A DNA stretch of 64,000 nt from an uncultured Thermoleophilaceae bacterium (GCA_963808955.1 CAWEHQ010000014.1:52091-116090), one strand, 5' to 3'. Numbered from the stretch's first letter, positions 11,197 to 22,102 are shown. Program-made: numbers and translations. The notes: generated by a model from the sequence alone, not told the origin.

Positions 11197-12580
11197 GGCA
11201 ACCAGGCGGGAGTCCCTCCTCGCCCGTGCGCGATGGAGCGCCGAGCTCGCGCTCCAAGCTCCCTGGCAGGGACGGTTTCCGTTCAGGTCGCCCGAGGCGA
11301 TCCGGCGTGCGCAGACCCGCCGGGTCAGGAGCGCGGTCGCGCACGCCTACCGGCACGTGCCCTACTACCGCGAGACGATGCGCCGCCTCGACCTTCGACC
11401 GGATGACTTCGGGGACGCCGGCGACCTCGGGAAGCTCCCGATCATCGAGCGGTCGGACCTGCAGCGCGACCCCGAGTACTACGTGTCCCGCGCGCGCCCG
11501 ATCGACTCCTATCTGAGGCTGAGGACCGGCGCCACGTCCGGGCGAGCCGGTGACCGTGTTCTGCGACCCGCCACTCCCTGTCAAGGAGGCGGCGCACGCG
11601 CGAGCGGCGGCGCAACGTGATCATGAAGCTCGCGCGGCGGCGGCTCCGCTACCGCGCGGCGCGGATCCTGATCCCCGACAGCGGTACCGGGGCGGCGGTG
11701 GCGGCGTTCCGACGCCGGAGCCTGGTCCCGACCGCGCTTCGGATCGACGAGCGCTACCTGTCTCTCTTCGACGAGCCGGGCCGCAACGTCGAGCTGATCA
11801 ACGAGATCCGGCCCGACGTGGTCGAGCGCTCCGGGGTCCTACATCGGATGCTGTTCCGCCACGCCCACGAGAGCGGCACCCCCTTTCACGCGCCGAGGGT
11901 CGTGACGTACGGCGCCGATCCGCTCTCCGGCCTCGGCCAGGCGACTGATCACCGAGCGGTTCGGGAGCACCGTGCTCAGCATCTACGGGTCGATGGAGGC
12001 CCCGGCGATCGGCTTCGAGTGCGAGCAGCAGCTCGGGCACCACCTGAACGTCGACCTCTACCCGCTGCGCATCGTGGCCCCCGATGGGCGCACGCTCCCC
12101 GCCGGCGAGAGCGGCGACGTGATCGTCTCGAACCTCCTCAACCGCGGCACGATGCTCCTGAACTACCGCCTCGGCGACATCGCCTCGCTGCTTCCCGGTC
12201 GGTGCCCGTGCGGGCGATCGCTTCCGATGCTGTCCTTCCTCGAGGGCCGCGCCGACGACTGGCTTCGGCTCCCGGGACGGGAGCGCGTCCACCCCCAAAC
12301 CGTCCTCGAGCCGCTCGAGCAGGAAGAAGACGTCTGGCTGTTCCAGATCGTCCAGGAGGACGTCGATCGCTTCCGAGTCGCGGTCGTAGCGGCTCAGGGC
12401 TCTGACCCGGAGCTGCTGCGAACCCGCATCGTGGCCGGGGTGCGCGAGCAGGTCGGCGACGGCGCCACGGTCGAGGTCTCCTTCGTGGACGAGCTGCCGC
12501 GGACCGAGGGGGGCAAGACCCGGAAGATGGTGTCGCTCGCCTCCGGGGAGCGGATGCGTGCGCGGCAAGACGCGTCATGA
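11183..12580 (+). pseudogene. coenzyme F390 synthetase / phenylacetate-CoA ligase (PaaK/CapK) family adenylate-forming enzyme, frame-disrupted as sequenced (3 shifts near 11545, 11612, 11930)
   Basis: HAYRHVPYYRETMRRLDLRPDDFGDAGDLGKLPIIERSDL and TGATSGRAG then (shift) EPVTVFCD form the P-loop. After another shift comes VVTYGADPL, then (shift) LITERFGSTVLSIYGSMEAPAIGFECE, then GDIASLLPGRCPCGRSLPML...LPRTEGGKTRKMV. The start is GTG 11183. The stop overlaps the next ATG (ATGA). Confidence 0.8.
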
Positions 12581-13350
12581 GGCCGGCCCGGCCGGCCGGC
12601 TTTCTCCGCAACCTTCGCCGGGTCCACCGGCGCGCCGGTGTGGGCGGGGTGGCGGAGCTGCTGGCCGCCCGAGCGCTCCCGCGCACCCTCTCGTATCAGC
12701 GCGCCACGATCACCGTCGTGCCGGCCCGGGGGCGAATCGACCCTGAGCTCGATGCTCGTGTCGTTCGATCGCTCGACCCCGAAGTCGAGCGGTTCCACGC
12801 GGCTCTTGGGCGGTCACGAGAGCCCGAGGTACCGGCTTTCTCGCCGGCGGACCTGCGCGAGCGATTCGCCGCGGGCCACGAGCTGTGGCTCTTCTACCGC
12901 GACGAAGCGATCGCCCACTCGCGCTGGATCGTGCGGGACAGGCTGATGGTCGCGGGCGTCCCGGTGCCGTTGCTTCCCGGCGAGACGGCCACGGAGGCCG
13001 TAGTGACCGTTCCCGGCCTTCGCACCCGTGGGCTGGACGCCGCCGCTCGAGAGCACGTGCGAGGAGTGCTCGAGGGTCAGGGGGTCACGGCCGTGCTCGG
13101 GTCGTACAACGGCTTCAACCGCTGGTTCATCGAGTCGTCGCTGCGCCGGGTCACCGGCATGCGGCGCGTCGCCACCGTGCACGTGGTGTCGATACTCGGT
13201 CGACGACTGCTTCGGGCGGTTCCCGCATCGGCGTCGGGTGCTGACGTGGTGAAGCGTCGCGGGCTCGTCACCGACAGCTGGATCCGCGTCATCGACGGGC
13301 AAATCTGGTCCGGCGAGAGCCGGGCACGACCAGCTCGAGCGCCCGCCGGC
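12577..13350 (+). CDS. GNAT-like acyltransferase module, paralog 2 (no in-frame stop before paralog 3)
   Basis: MRPARPAGFLRNLRRVHRRAGVGGVAELLAARALPRTLSY aligns with the N-termini of paralogs 1 and 3. Motif A-like VPGLRTRGLDAAAREHV is present, followed by GSYNGFNRWFIESSL. The frame stays open into 13351. Confidence 0.6.
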
Positions 13351-14077
13351 ATGCGCCGCGCCTCCGGCTTCCTGCGAACGCTCCGTCGGGTCCACCGCGC
13401 GGGTCGGCGCCGCAGGACTCGTCGAGCTGGTCGTCGCTCGGACGCTGCCGGACAGCCTGTCCTACGCGCGCGCCATGATCGTCGCCACGCAGCTCGCGGC
13501 CATGCCTCGAGCGGAGCGCCCTCCCCGAGCGGATCTCCGGGCCCGGCGCGTTCGCTCGGCCGACCCGGCGATCGAGGCCTTCTTCGCCCGGCTGGCCGCG
13601 ACTGGGGAGCCCGAGGTCCCGCAGTTCTCCTCCCAGGAGCTCGAGCGCCGCTTCTCGGAAGGTCAGGAGCTGTGGGTGTTCGAGGTCGACGGGCAGATCG
13701 CCCACGCCAGGTGGATCGTCCCCGGACATCGGAACTTCCCGGGGGGATCGCTTCCGCTGCGCGACGATGAGCGCGCGAGCGAGGGGCTGGTTACGGCGGC
13801 GGAGTTTCGCGGGCGTGGTCTCGCCTGGGCGGCTCGCGAGCACCTCTGGGCGGTGCTCGGGAAGGAGGGCATCAAGACGATCTACTCCGCCCCGTCCGGC
13901 TTCAACCGAGAGTTCCTCGCCGCCACGCTGCGCACCAGCGGAGCGGAGCACGTGGCCACCACCCACCTGGTGGCGGTCGCGCGTCGCCGCTGGCTTCGGA
14001 CCACCCCGGGGTCGCCGTCCCAGGCCGAGCTGCTCGACCGTCGCGGCGTCCCGCATGGTCGCTGGGTGGCCCGCTAG
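13351..14077 (+). pseudogene. GNAT-like acyltransferase module, paralog 3 (one frameshift near 13395; possibly the second domain of a 12577..14077 tandem-domain protein)
   Basis: MRRASGFLRTLRRVHRA then (shift) GAAGLVELVVARTLPDSLSYARAMIV...ELWVFEVDGQIAHARWIV...AAEFRGRGLAWAAREHL...APSGFNREFLAATL...RRGVPHGRWVAR, with the stop at 14077. Confidence 0.6.
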
Positions 14078-15624
14078 ACGATCAGCGACCGCCCGGTCAT
14101 CTCGCCGGGCTGCTCGATCCCGAGCAGCGCGAGGACGGTGGGAGCCACGTCCGCCAGGACTCCCCCCTCGGCGAGCCCGTCGACGTGCGCGGTGACGACG
14201 AGCGGCACCGGGTTCTTCGAGTGCGCGGTGTCCGGATCGCCGTCGGCGTCGAGCATCTGGTCGGCGTTGCCGTGGTCGGCGGTAACGAGGCATGCGCCGC
14301 CCGCCCCGTGCACGGTCTCGACGACCTGCCCGAGGCAGCGGTCCACCTCTTCGACGGCCCTCACCGCGGCCGAGATGTCCCCGGTGTGGCCGACCATGTC
14401 GGGGTTCGCGAAATTGATGATGCCGAAGCCGAACCCGTCCCCCGACCAGGCGTCGGCGAACGCGTCTGCCGCTTCGCGCGCGCTCATCTCGGGCTTGTGG
14501 TCGTAGGTGGGCACGTCGCGGGGCGAGTCCACGAGGCGGCGCTCCTCGCCGCGGTGGGCGTCCTCCTCACCCCCGTTGAAGAAGTACGTCACGTGCGCGT
14601 ACTTCTCGGTCTCGGCCACGTGGAGCTGTCGCACGCCGCCGTCGGCGAGGACCGAGGCGAGCGTGATCGCCGGCGGCGCCGGTGCGAACGCCACCGGGTA
14701 CGGCCAGTCCTCGTGGTATTCGGTGAGCGTGGTGAGGCTCACGCGCGGTGGTTCGCCGTCCTCGTCGCGATCGAATTCGTCGAAGTCCGGCTCTCCGAGG
14801 GCGCGCGTCAGCTGGCGCGCGCGGTCGGGCCGGAAGTTAATCATCACCACCGCGTCACCCGCGCGGATTCGCGCCTCGTCGTCAACGATCGTCGGCTGCA
14901 CGAATTCATCCGTCTCGCCGCGCTCGTACGAGGCGCGGACGGCGGCCTCGCCCGTGGCCGCGAGAGGCACTTCGGAGCGGCCGGCGACGATCGCGTCGTA
15001 GGCCAGCTTGGTCCGGTCCCAGCGGCCGTCACGGTCCATCGCGTAGTAGCGACCGCTGACCGTGCCCACCCGTCCACCGAGGTCCGCGAGCCAGCGCTCC
15101 GCTTCGGCCACGTGCCCCGCGCCCGAGTCCGGGGCGGTGTCGCGGCCGTCGGTGAACGCGTGAAGCACGATGTCCCCCACCCCGCTGTCCGCGGCCAGCT
15201 CGGCGGCAGCGCGGATGTGCTCGATGCTCGAGTGGACTCCGCCATCGGAGACGAGGCCCAGGAGATGTAGTCGCCCCGCCGCACGACCCGCCGCACAGGC
15301 CTCCTTCAGCGCGGCGCTGTCGGCGAACGAGCCGTCGGCCACGGCCTCGTCGATGCGCGTCAGGTCCTGCGGCACGACCGCGCCGGCCCCGAGGTTGAGG
15401 TGTCCCACCTCCGAGTTGCCCATCTGGCCCTCGGGCAGGCCGACCGCCGCACCGCTGGTCTCGAGCGTCGTGCGCGCGCACCCGGACCAAAGCTCGTGGA
15501 ACACCGGCGTCTCCGCCAGCTCCACCGCGTTGCCCGGCCCCGGTGGAGCGAGGCCCCACCCGTCGAGCACGACCAGGCACACCGCCGGGACCGGCGGCTC
15601 GCCCGGCCCGCCGGGAAGGCTCAT
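14074..15624 (-). CDS. gpmI: 2,3-bisphosphoglycerate-independent phosphoglycerate mutase
   Basis: MSLPGGPGEPPVPAVCLVVLDGWGLA, GQMGNSEVGHLNLGAG, HLLGLVSDGGVHS and TADHGNADQM. The ATG at 15624 overlaps the tpiA stop (ATGA). Confidence 0.92.
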   Translation of the reverse strand: MSLPGGPGEPPVPAVCLVVLDGWGLAPPGPGNAVELAETPVFHELWSGCARTTLETSGAAVGLPEGQMGNSEVGHLNLGAGAVVPQDLTRIDEAVADGSFADSAALKEACAAGRAAGRLHLLGLVSDGGVHSSIEHIRAAAELAADSGVGDIVLHAFTDGRDTAPDSGAGHVAEAERWLADLGGRVGTVSGRYYAMDRDGRWDRTKLAYDAIVAGRSEVPLAATGEAAVRASYERGETDEFVQPTIVDDEARIRAGDAVVMINFRPDRARQLTRALGEPDFDEFDRDEDGEPPRVSLTTLTEYHEDWPYPVAFAPAPPAITLASVLADGGVRQLHVAETEKYAHVTYFFNGGEEDAHRGEERRLVDSPRDVPTYDHKPEMSAREAADAFADAWSGDGFGFGIINFANPDMVGHTGDISAAVRAVEEVDRCLGQVVETVHGAGGACLVTADHGNADQMLDADGDPDTAHSKNPVPLVVTAHVDGLAEGGVLADVAPTVLALLGIEQPGEMTGRSLIV

Positions 15625-16402
15625 CGCGCGTCTCTGGCGGCGCGAGCGATCGCCGCCAGGCTGTCCGGCTCGAGGCTCGCCCCGCCCACCAGCGCCCCGT
15701 CCACGTTCTCCTGGACGAGGATCGCGGCGGCGTTGTCCGCGCTGACGCTGCCGCCGTACAGGATCCGCACCGCCTCGGCAGCGGCGCTCGAGCGGTCTCC
15801 CACCAGCGCGCGGATGAACGCGATCGCCTCCTCCGCCTGCTCCTCGGTCGCCACGCGCCCGGTGCCGATCGCCCACACCGGCTCGTAGGCGATCACCACG
15901 CCCGCGAGGTCGTCCTCGGACAGGTCCTCGAGCGCTTCCCGAACCTGCAGGCGGAGGCGGCGCTGCGTCTCGCCGGAGTCGCGCTCCTCCTCCGACTCGC
16001 CCACGCACAGGATCGGACGGAGCCCCGCGTTGAGCGCAGCGGGCACCTTCTCCCGCAGCGCGCGGTCGGTCTCCGCGTACTCGCGCCGCCGTTCGGAGTG
16101 TCCGAGCACCACGCCGTCAGCTCCCAGCTCGACGAGCATCGGCGCGGAGATCTCGCCGGTGTACGCGCCCGCCGGCTCCTGATGCATGTTCTGGGCCGCC
16201 ACCAGCAGCCGACGGTCCCCGCCCCCTCCTCCGCGGCCGCGATCGTCGCCGCAAGCACGGTGAACGGAACGCAGACCCCCACCTCCACCTGGTCCGGCTC
16301 CGGCAGGAGCGGCAGGAGCTCGGACACGTATGCGGTGGCCTCGGCTCCGGTCTTGTGCATCTTCCAGTTGCCCGCCACGAGCGGGCGGCGCTCAGGCGTC
16401 AT
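15621..16402 (-). pseudogene. tpiA: triosephosphate isomerase, single frameshift as sequenced (junction about 16203-16226 in C/G runs)
   Basis: The N-terminal piece MTPERRPLVAGNWKMHKTGAEA...VPFTVLAATIAAAEEGAG lies in the 15893..16456 frame. The C-terminal piece AAQNMHQEPAGAYTGEISAPML...GHSERR...CVGE...AYEPVWAIGTG...ILYGGSV lies in the 15621..16202 frame. Confidence 0.9.
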
Positions 16403-17618
16403 CGAGCGCCTCGACCCCGGGCAGCTCGCGCCCCTCGAGGAGCTCGAGTGCCGCACCCCCGCCGGTGGAGAGATGGTCGACGCGCTCGGCGAGGCCGAAC
16501 TGCGCCAGCGCCGCCGCAGAGTCGCCGCCGCCGACCACCGTGGTTCCGCCCGCGCGAGCCACCGCCTCGGCCACGCCGCGCGTACCGGCGGCGAACGGAT
16601 CGAGCTCGAAGGCTCCCATCGGCCCGTTCCAGAGCACGGTGGCCGCCGACTCGATCTCGCGCGCGTACGCGTCGACCGTCCGCGGCCCCACGTCCAGCCC
16701 CATCCAGCCGTCGGGGACGTCCAAACCGTCCAGCGGGCGCCGCTCGGCGCCGGCGTCGAAGCGATCCCCGAGCACCAGGTCGAGCGGCAGCAGCAGGCGG
16801 CAGCCGTCCGCGCCGCCGGCGCGGTCGAGCAGGCGGCGCGCCAACTCCACGCCCTCGTCCTCCACCAGCGAGTCGCCCGTCGGTCGGCCCTGGGCGCGGA
16901 GGAAGCTGAAGCACATCGCGCCGCCGATCAGGATCGCGTCGGCGCGATCCATGAAGCGCTCGATCAGGCGGATCTTGTCGGTGACCTTGGCGCCACCGAG
17001 CACCACGACCAGCGGGTGCGCGGGCGCCTCGGCCACGCCGCGCAGCACCGTGACCTCCCGCTCGAGCAGCGGACCCGCCACCGCCGGCAGATGCTCGGCG
17101 ACCCCGACCGTGGACGCGTGCGCGCGGTGGGCGGCCCCGAATGCGTCGTTCACGAAGGCGTCCGCGAGGTCGGCAAGCTCGCGCGCGAGCTGAGGATCGT
17201 TGCGGGTCTCGCCCAGCTCCCAGCGCGTGTTCTCGAGGACGAGCACCTCGCCCGGCTCGAGCCGGTCCACCCCGCGCCGCACCTCGGGTCCGACCACCTC
17301 CGGCGCCTGGTGGACGCGTGCGCCCAGCAGCTCGGAGAGCCGCTCCGAGACCGGCCGCAGGGAGGTCTCGGGGTCGCGCACCTTCGGGCGCCCGAGGTGC
17401 GAGCAGACCACGGTCCGGGCCCCGCGCGAACGGAGGTCCTCGAGGGCGGGCACCGCGGCGCGGATGCGGGCATCGTCGGTGACGCGCCGATCTGCCAGCG
17501 GGACGTTGAGGTCACACCGGACGAGCACGGGCTGGCCATCGACCGCGACGAGGTCGCGCAGCGTTCGCTTGCCGAGCGTCACGCCGCCCGGCTGGCTCGT
17601 CGCTTCCACCGGCGCCAT
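16392..17618 (-). CDS. pgk: phosphoglycerate kinase
   Basis: VLVRCDLNVPL, VVCSHLGRPK, FVNDAFGAAHRAHAS, GGAKVTDKI and WNGPMGAFE. The start is chosen at MAPVEATS (17618). The longer track ORF has an Arg/Pro-rich artefactual extension. Confidence 0.9.
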   Translation of the reverse strand: MAPVEATSQPGGVTLGKRTLRDLVAVDGQPVLVRCDLNVPLADRRVTDDARIRAAVPALEDLRSRGARTVVCSHLGRPKVRDPETSLRPVSERLSELLGARVHQAPEVVGPEVRRGVDRLEPGEVLVLENTRWELGETRNDPQLARELADLADAFVNDAFGAAHRAHASTVGVAEHLPAVAGPLLEREVTVLRGVAEAPAHPLVVVLGGAKVTDKIRLIERFMDRADAILIGGAMCFSFLRAQGRPTGDSLVEDEGVELARRLLDRAGGADGCRLLLPLDLVLGDRFDAGAERRPLDGLDVPDGWMGLDVGPRTVDAYAREIESAATVLWNGPMGAFELDPFAAGTRGVAEAVARAGGTTVVGGGDSAAALAQFGLAERVDHLSTGGGAALELLEGRELPGVEALDDA

Positions 17619-17626
17619 CCGGTGCG

Positions 17627-18742
<1,116 letters not shown>

Positions 18743-19642
18743 TCAGGGAGCCCGCGGCGGCTTCTGCACGTCGCGATGCACGACGTCGATCAGGTAGTCG
18801 CCGCGCTCGCCGTAGAGGCGCGCGAGACGCTCCGCGACCACCACCGAGCGGTGGCGACCTCCGGTGCAGCCGATGCCGATCGTGAGATGTGCCTTGCCCT
18901 CCCGGACGTAGGCGGGCAGCAGGTAGTCGAGGAGCGGCAGCAGGCGCTCGTAGAACTCGTCGACGCCGTCTGAGCTCTCGACGTAGTCGATCACCGGCCG
19001 GTCGAGCCCGGTCAGGTCGCGGAGCTCCGCCTCGTAGTGGGGGTTCGGCAGGAAGCGGACGTCGAACGCCAGGTCCGCGTCGCGCGGGGCGCCGTGCTTG
19101 AAGCCGTACGTCAGGAAGGTGATCGCCAGCCTTCCCCTCGCCTCGCGCGGGAGCATCTTGTCCGCCACCACCTGGCGCAGACGCGCCGCGGAGAGGTCGG
19201 TGGTCTCGATCGAGACGTAGGCGCGTTCACGCAGTGGCTCGAGCAGCGCCCGCTCCGCCCGGATGCCCGACACGAGCTGCCCGCTCGGCGCGAGCGGGTG
19301 GCGGCGACGAGTCTCCTTGTAGCGATCCACGAGCACCTCCTCCGAGGCCTCGAGGAACAGCAGGCGGTGCGGCGTGCCGCGCCGGGTCAGCTCGTCGAGC
19401 ACCTTCGGGATGCCGCCGAAGTACTCGCCCCCGCGGGCGTCGCAAACCACGGCCGCCCGCTCAACCTTGCTGCCCTCGTGACGGAATAGGTCGGCGAGCG
19501 AGCTGATCATCTCCGGCGGCAGGTTGTCGACGCAGAAGTAGCCCGCGTCCTCGAAGCAGGCCATGGCCTGCGACTTCCCGGCACCCGAGAAGCCGGTGAT
19601 GACCACGAAGTCCTGGAGACGGTGCTCGAGCGCGGACATCAA
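18743..19642 (-). CDS. rapZ: RNase adapter / nucleotide-binding protein RapZ (YvcJ family)
   Basis: VVITGFSGAGKSQAMACFEDAGYFCVDNLPPEM, DVRFLPNPHY and IGCTGGRHRSVVVAE. Confidence 0.9.
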   Translation of the reverse strand: MMSALEHRLQDFVVITGFSGAGKSQAMACFEDAGYFCVDNLPPEMISSLADLFRHEGSKVERAAVVCDARGGEYFGGIPKVLDELTRRGTPHRLLFLEASEEVLVDRYKETRRRHPLAPSGQLVSGIRAERALLEPLRERAYVSIETTDLSAARLRQVVADKMLPREARGRLAITFLTYGFKHGAPRDADLAFDVRFLPNPHYEAELRDLTGLDRPVIDYVESSDGVDEFYERLLPLLDYLLPAYVREGKAHLTIGIGCTGGRHRSVVVAERLARLYGERGDYLIDVVHRDVQKPPRAP

Positions 19643-19668
19643 CGAGTCCGAGTGTGGTCAGTTCCTCT

Positions 19669-19768
19669 AGATGGCAGCGGGCGGATGGCAGATGGCCGGG
19701 CGTGGGGTAGACCTCGACAGTGGCGCATGGGGCCACGGTCTGCCATCTGCCATCTGCCATCTGCCATC
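19669..19768. repeat. heptanucleotide tandem repeat (TGCCATC)x4 at 19741-19768, with complementary copies at 19669-19677 and 19685-19697 (long hairpin between uvrC stop and rapZ start)
   Basis: The array is read directly as ctgccatctgccatctgccatctgccatc. Upstream, agatggcag...atggcagatggcc is its reverse complement. Confidence 0.85.
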
Positions 19769-19772
19769 TCCT

Positions 19773-21686
19773 TCACTCCGCCCGATGCACCTGCCCGTGG
19801 ATGTCCCTCGCCACCTTCCCCGGCAAGCCGGGCACGGCCTCGAGCTCCTCCCGGCTTGCCGAGAGGAAGCGCTCCGGAGAGCCGAAGTGGGTCAGGATCC
19901 GTCGCTTGCGCGCCGGCCCCACCCCGGGGAGCTCGTCCAGCACCGACCGCGTCATCGCGCGATCGCGGCGGCCGCGATGAAACTCGATCGCGAACCGGTG
20001 TGCCTCGTCGCGCACGCGCTGGAGGAGCTGCAGCGCCGGTGAGTCGTGGGGTAGCCGCAGTGGCTCCGATGCGCCGGGCGTGAACACCTCCTCGATCCGC
20101 TTCGCGAGGCTCACCACCGCGACGCCGAGGTCACGGAACGGCTCGAGCTCGTGCAATCCGGAGGAAAGCTGGCCCTTGCCGCCGTCGAGCACGATCAGCG
20201 CCGGGGCTGCCGCGAAGCTCGCGTCGTAGCTGCGCTCGTGCGGTGAGCGCTCGCGCTGCGCCGTGTACTGAGCCATTCGTCGGGAGAGCACCTCGCCCAT
20301 TGCGGCCACGTCATCCTGAGCGACGTCGCGGACCCCGAAGCGCCGGTAGTCGGATTTCTTGGGAGCGCCGCCCTCGAACACGACCATCGAGGCAACGGTG
20401 TGGGTCTCGCGAAGGTTCGAGATGTCGAAGCACTCGATCCGCATCGGAATCGTGTCGAGGCCGAGCGCCTGCTGCAGGCCGTCGAGTGCGTCGACGCGCT
20501 GCACTCGGCGCCGCTCCGAGCGGAGCCGGTCCTGGTCGAGGGCGAGCTGCGCGTTGCGCTGCGCCAACTCGAATATCCGGCGCTTGTCGCCCCGCTCGGC
20601 GCGGCGGACCTCGACCGGAGCGCCACGACGCTCGGCCAGGGCCTCGGCGAGCGCGTCGGTGCGGCCGAGGGCCGAGGGCACGATCACCTGGGGCGGTATC
20701 GCCGGCGAGGTCGCGTAGTACTGGAGCACGAATTCCTCGCTGACCTCGCCCTCGTCGCGGGCGGCCCGGTTCTCGAGGTAGAAGCTGTGGCGGTCGGCGA
20801 GCACGCCGTCACGCACCTGGAACACCTGGGCGTTCGCATCGGTTCCGTCGACCGCCACGGCCACGGCGTCGAGCGTGCCCACCGCCTCGTTCGAGATCCG
20901 CTGCCGCTCGAGCAGTGACCGGACGGCGCGCAGCCGGTTGCGGAAGTGCGCCGCGCGCTCGAACTCCTGCTCCTCGGCGGCGCTCCGCATCTCCTGCTCC
21001 AGATCGCGCTCCACCTGGCGGTAGCGACCGGACAGGAAACCGACGATCGCGTCGATGTTCTCGCGGTACTCCTTGCGCGACACGTAGCCGACGCACGGCG
21101 CCTGGCAGCGCTTGATGAAGTAGTCGAGGCAGGGGCTCCCCGAGGCACGGCCGGGCTCCGGCCCGTCGCATGTCCGGTACTGGAACACCTTGCCGAGGAG
21201 GTCGAGCGTCTCGCGAACCCGCTTTGCGCTCGAGAAGGGGCCGAAGTAGGCGCGTCCGCGACGGTGCCGCTCGCGGGTGAAGTAGACCCGCGGGAAGTCC
21301 TCGTCCAGCGAGATCCCGATGTACGGATAGGACTTGTCGTCGCGGAGCCGCACGTTGAACTGCGGTCGGTGCCGCTTGATGAAGTTCTGCTCGGCGAGCA
21401 GCGCCTCGGCCTCCGTCTCAGTGGCAACGAAGTCGATGCTCTCGACCTCGTCGAGCATGTCCTGGAGCCCGCGGGTGGAGGGATTCGAGAAGTGCGACGC
21501 GACGCGCTTTCGGATCGAGTTCGCCTTGCCCACGTAGAGGACCCGGCGGCGCCGCCCCCGGAAGAGGTAGACGCCGGGCACGTCTGGGAGGGAGCGCCGC
21601 TGCTCGGCGAGGCGCTCGGCACGGGTGGCGCCGTCGCGCCGGGGCGCGCCGTTTCGCCGCTGGTCCTGTGTCGGGCTCTTCGCCAT
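19773..21686 (-). CDS. uvrC: excinuclease ABC subunit C
   Basis: 637 aa. Has the GIY-YIG motif GVYLFRGRRRRVLYVGKANSIRKRV, the UvrBC-interaction and endonuclease regions, and a C-terminal (HhH)2 region ELPGVGPARKRRIL. Confidence 0.93.
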   Translation of the reverse strand: MAKSPTQDQRRNGAPRRDGATRAERLAEQRRSLPDVPGVYLFRGRRRRVLYVGKANSIRKRVASHFSNPSTRGLQDMLDEVESIDFVATETEAEALLAEQNFIKRHRPQFNVRLRDDKSYPYIGISLDEDFPRVYFTRERHRRGRAYFGPFSSAKRVRETLDLLGKVFQYRTCDGPEPGRASGSPCLDYFIKRCQAPCVGYVSRKEYRENIDAIVGFLSGRYRQVERDLEQEMRSAAEEQEFERAAHFRNRLRAVRSLLERQRISNEAVGTLDAVAVAVDGTDANAQVFQVRDGVLADRHSFYLENRAARDEGEVSEEFVLQYYATSPAIPPQVIVPSALGRTDALAEALAERRGAPVEVRRAERGDKRRIFELAQRNAQLALDQDRLRSERRRVQRVDALDGLQQALGLDTIPMRIECFDISNLRETHTVASMVVFEGGAPKKSDYRRFGVRDVAQDDVAAMGEVLSRRMAQYTAQRERSPHERSYDASFAAAPALIVLDGGKGQLSSGLHELEPFRDLGVAVVSLAKRIEEVFTPGASEPLRLPHDSPALQLLQRVRDEAHRFAIEFHRGRRDRAMTRSVLDELPGVGPARKRRILTHFGSPERFLSASREELEAVPGLPGKVARDIHGQVHRAE

Positions 21687-21781
21687 CGCTCACCGGTTAT
21701 AGCTAGCGGCCTCGCTGGCCCGGGTCTGGGGACGCCGCGGATGCGCCCTTCGCGCACTTCAACCGGATATACCTACCGCCC

Positions 21782-22002
21782 ATGTTCCGCTGGCTGGGGG
21801 CGAGCTTCCTCACGATCCTTGCGCTGGTGGCATTCTGGTGGTGGTGGCGATCCCGCTGTTGTTCGTCTACCGCTCGCAGTGCCCCGACGGCGGCGAGCTG
21901 TCGACCGCCTACAGCTTCGTGCCCCCCTGGGACGACCCCGACCGGGAGTGCCGCAACCACCAGCGCGGCTTCGAGGTGGTCACGGACGAAATCGGGCTGT
22001 AG
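21782..22002 (+). pseudogene. small hypothetical membrane protein, probable frameshift near 21845
   Basis: MFRWLGASFLTILALVAF in one frame continues plausibly as VVVAIPLLFVYRSQCPDGGELSTAYSFVPPWDDPDRECRNHQRGFEVVTDEIGL, with its stop at 22000-22002, in another frame. No family was recognised. Confidence 0.3.
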
Positions 22003-22102
22003 CCGCCCGCAGCTCCGGCGGCTCGCTCCCTCCGAATCGCGTTCGATGGCACTCTTCCCCGCTATAGCGAGGGAACTGCACAGTGAACGCCCGGGCGCGT
22101 CG

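Noticed and set aside
19741-19768. Tandem repeats at 19741-19768 and 63156-63200 as possible CRISPR arrays.
   Set aside because: The units are 7 and 6 nt with no spacers. These are microsatellites, not CRISPR repeats. No cas genes are in the window.
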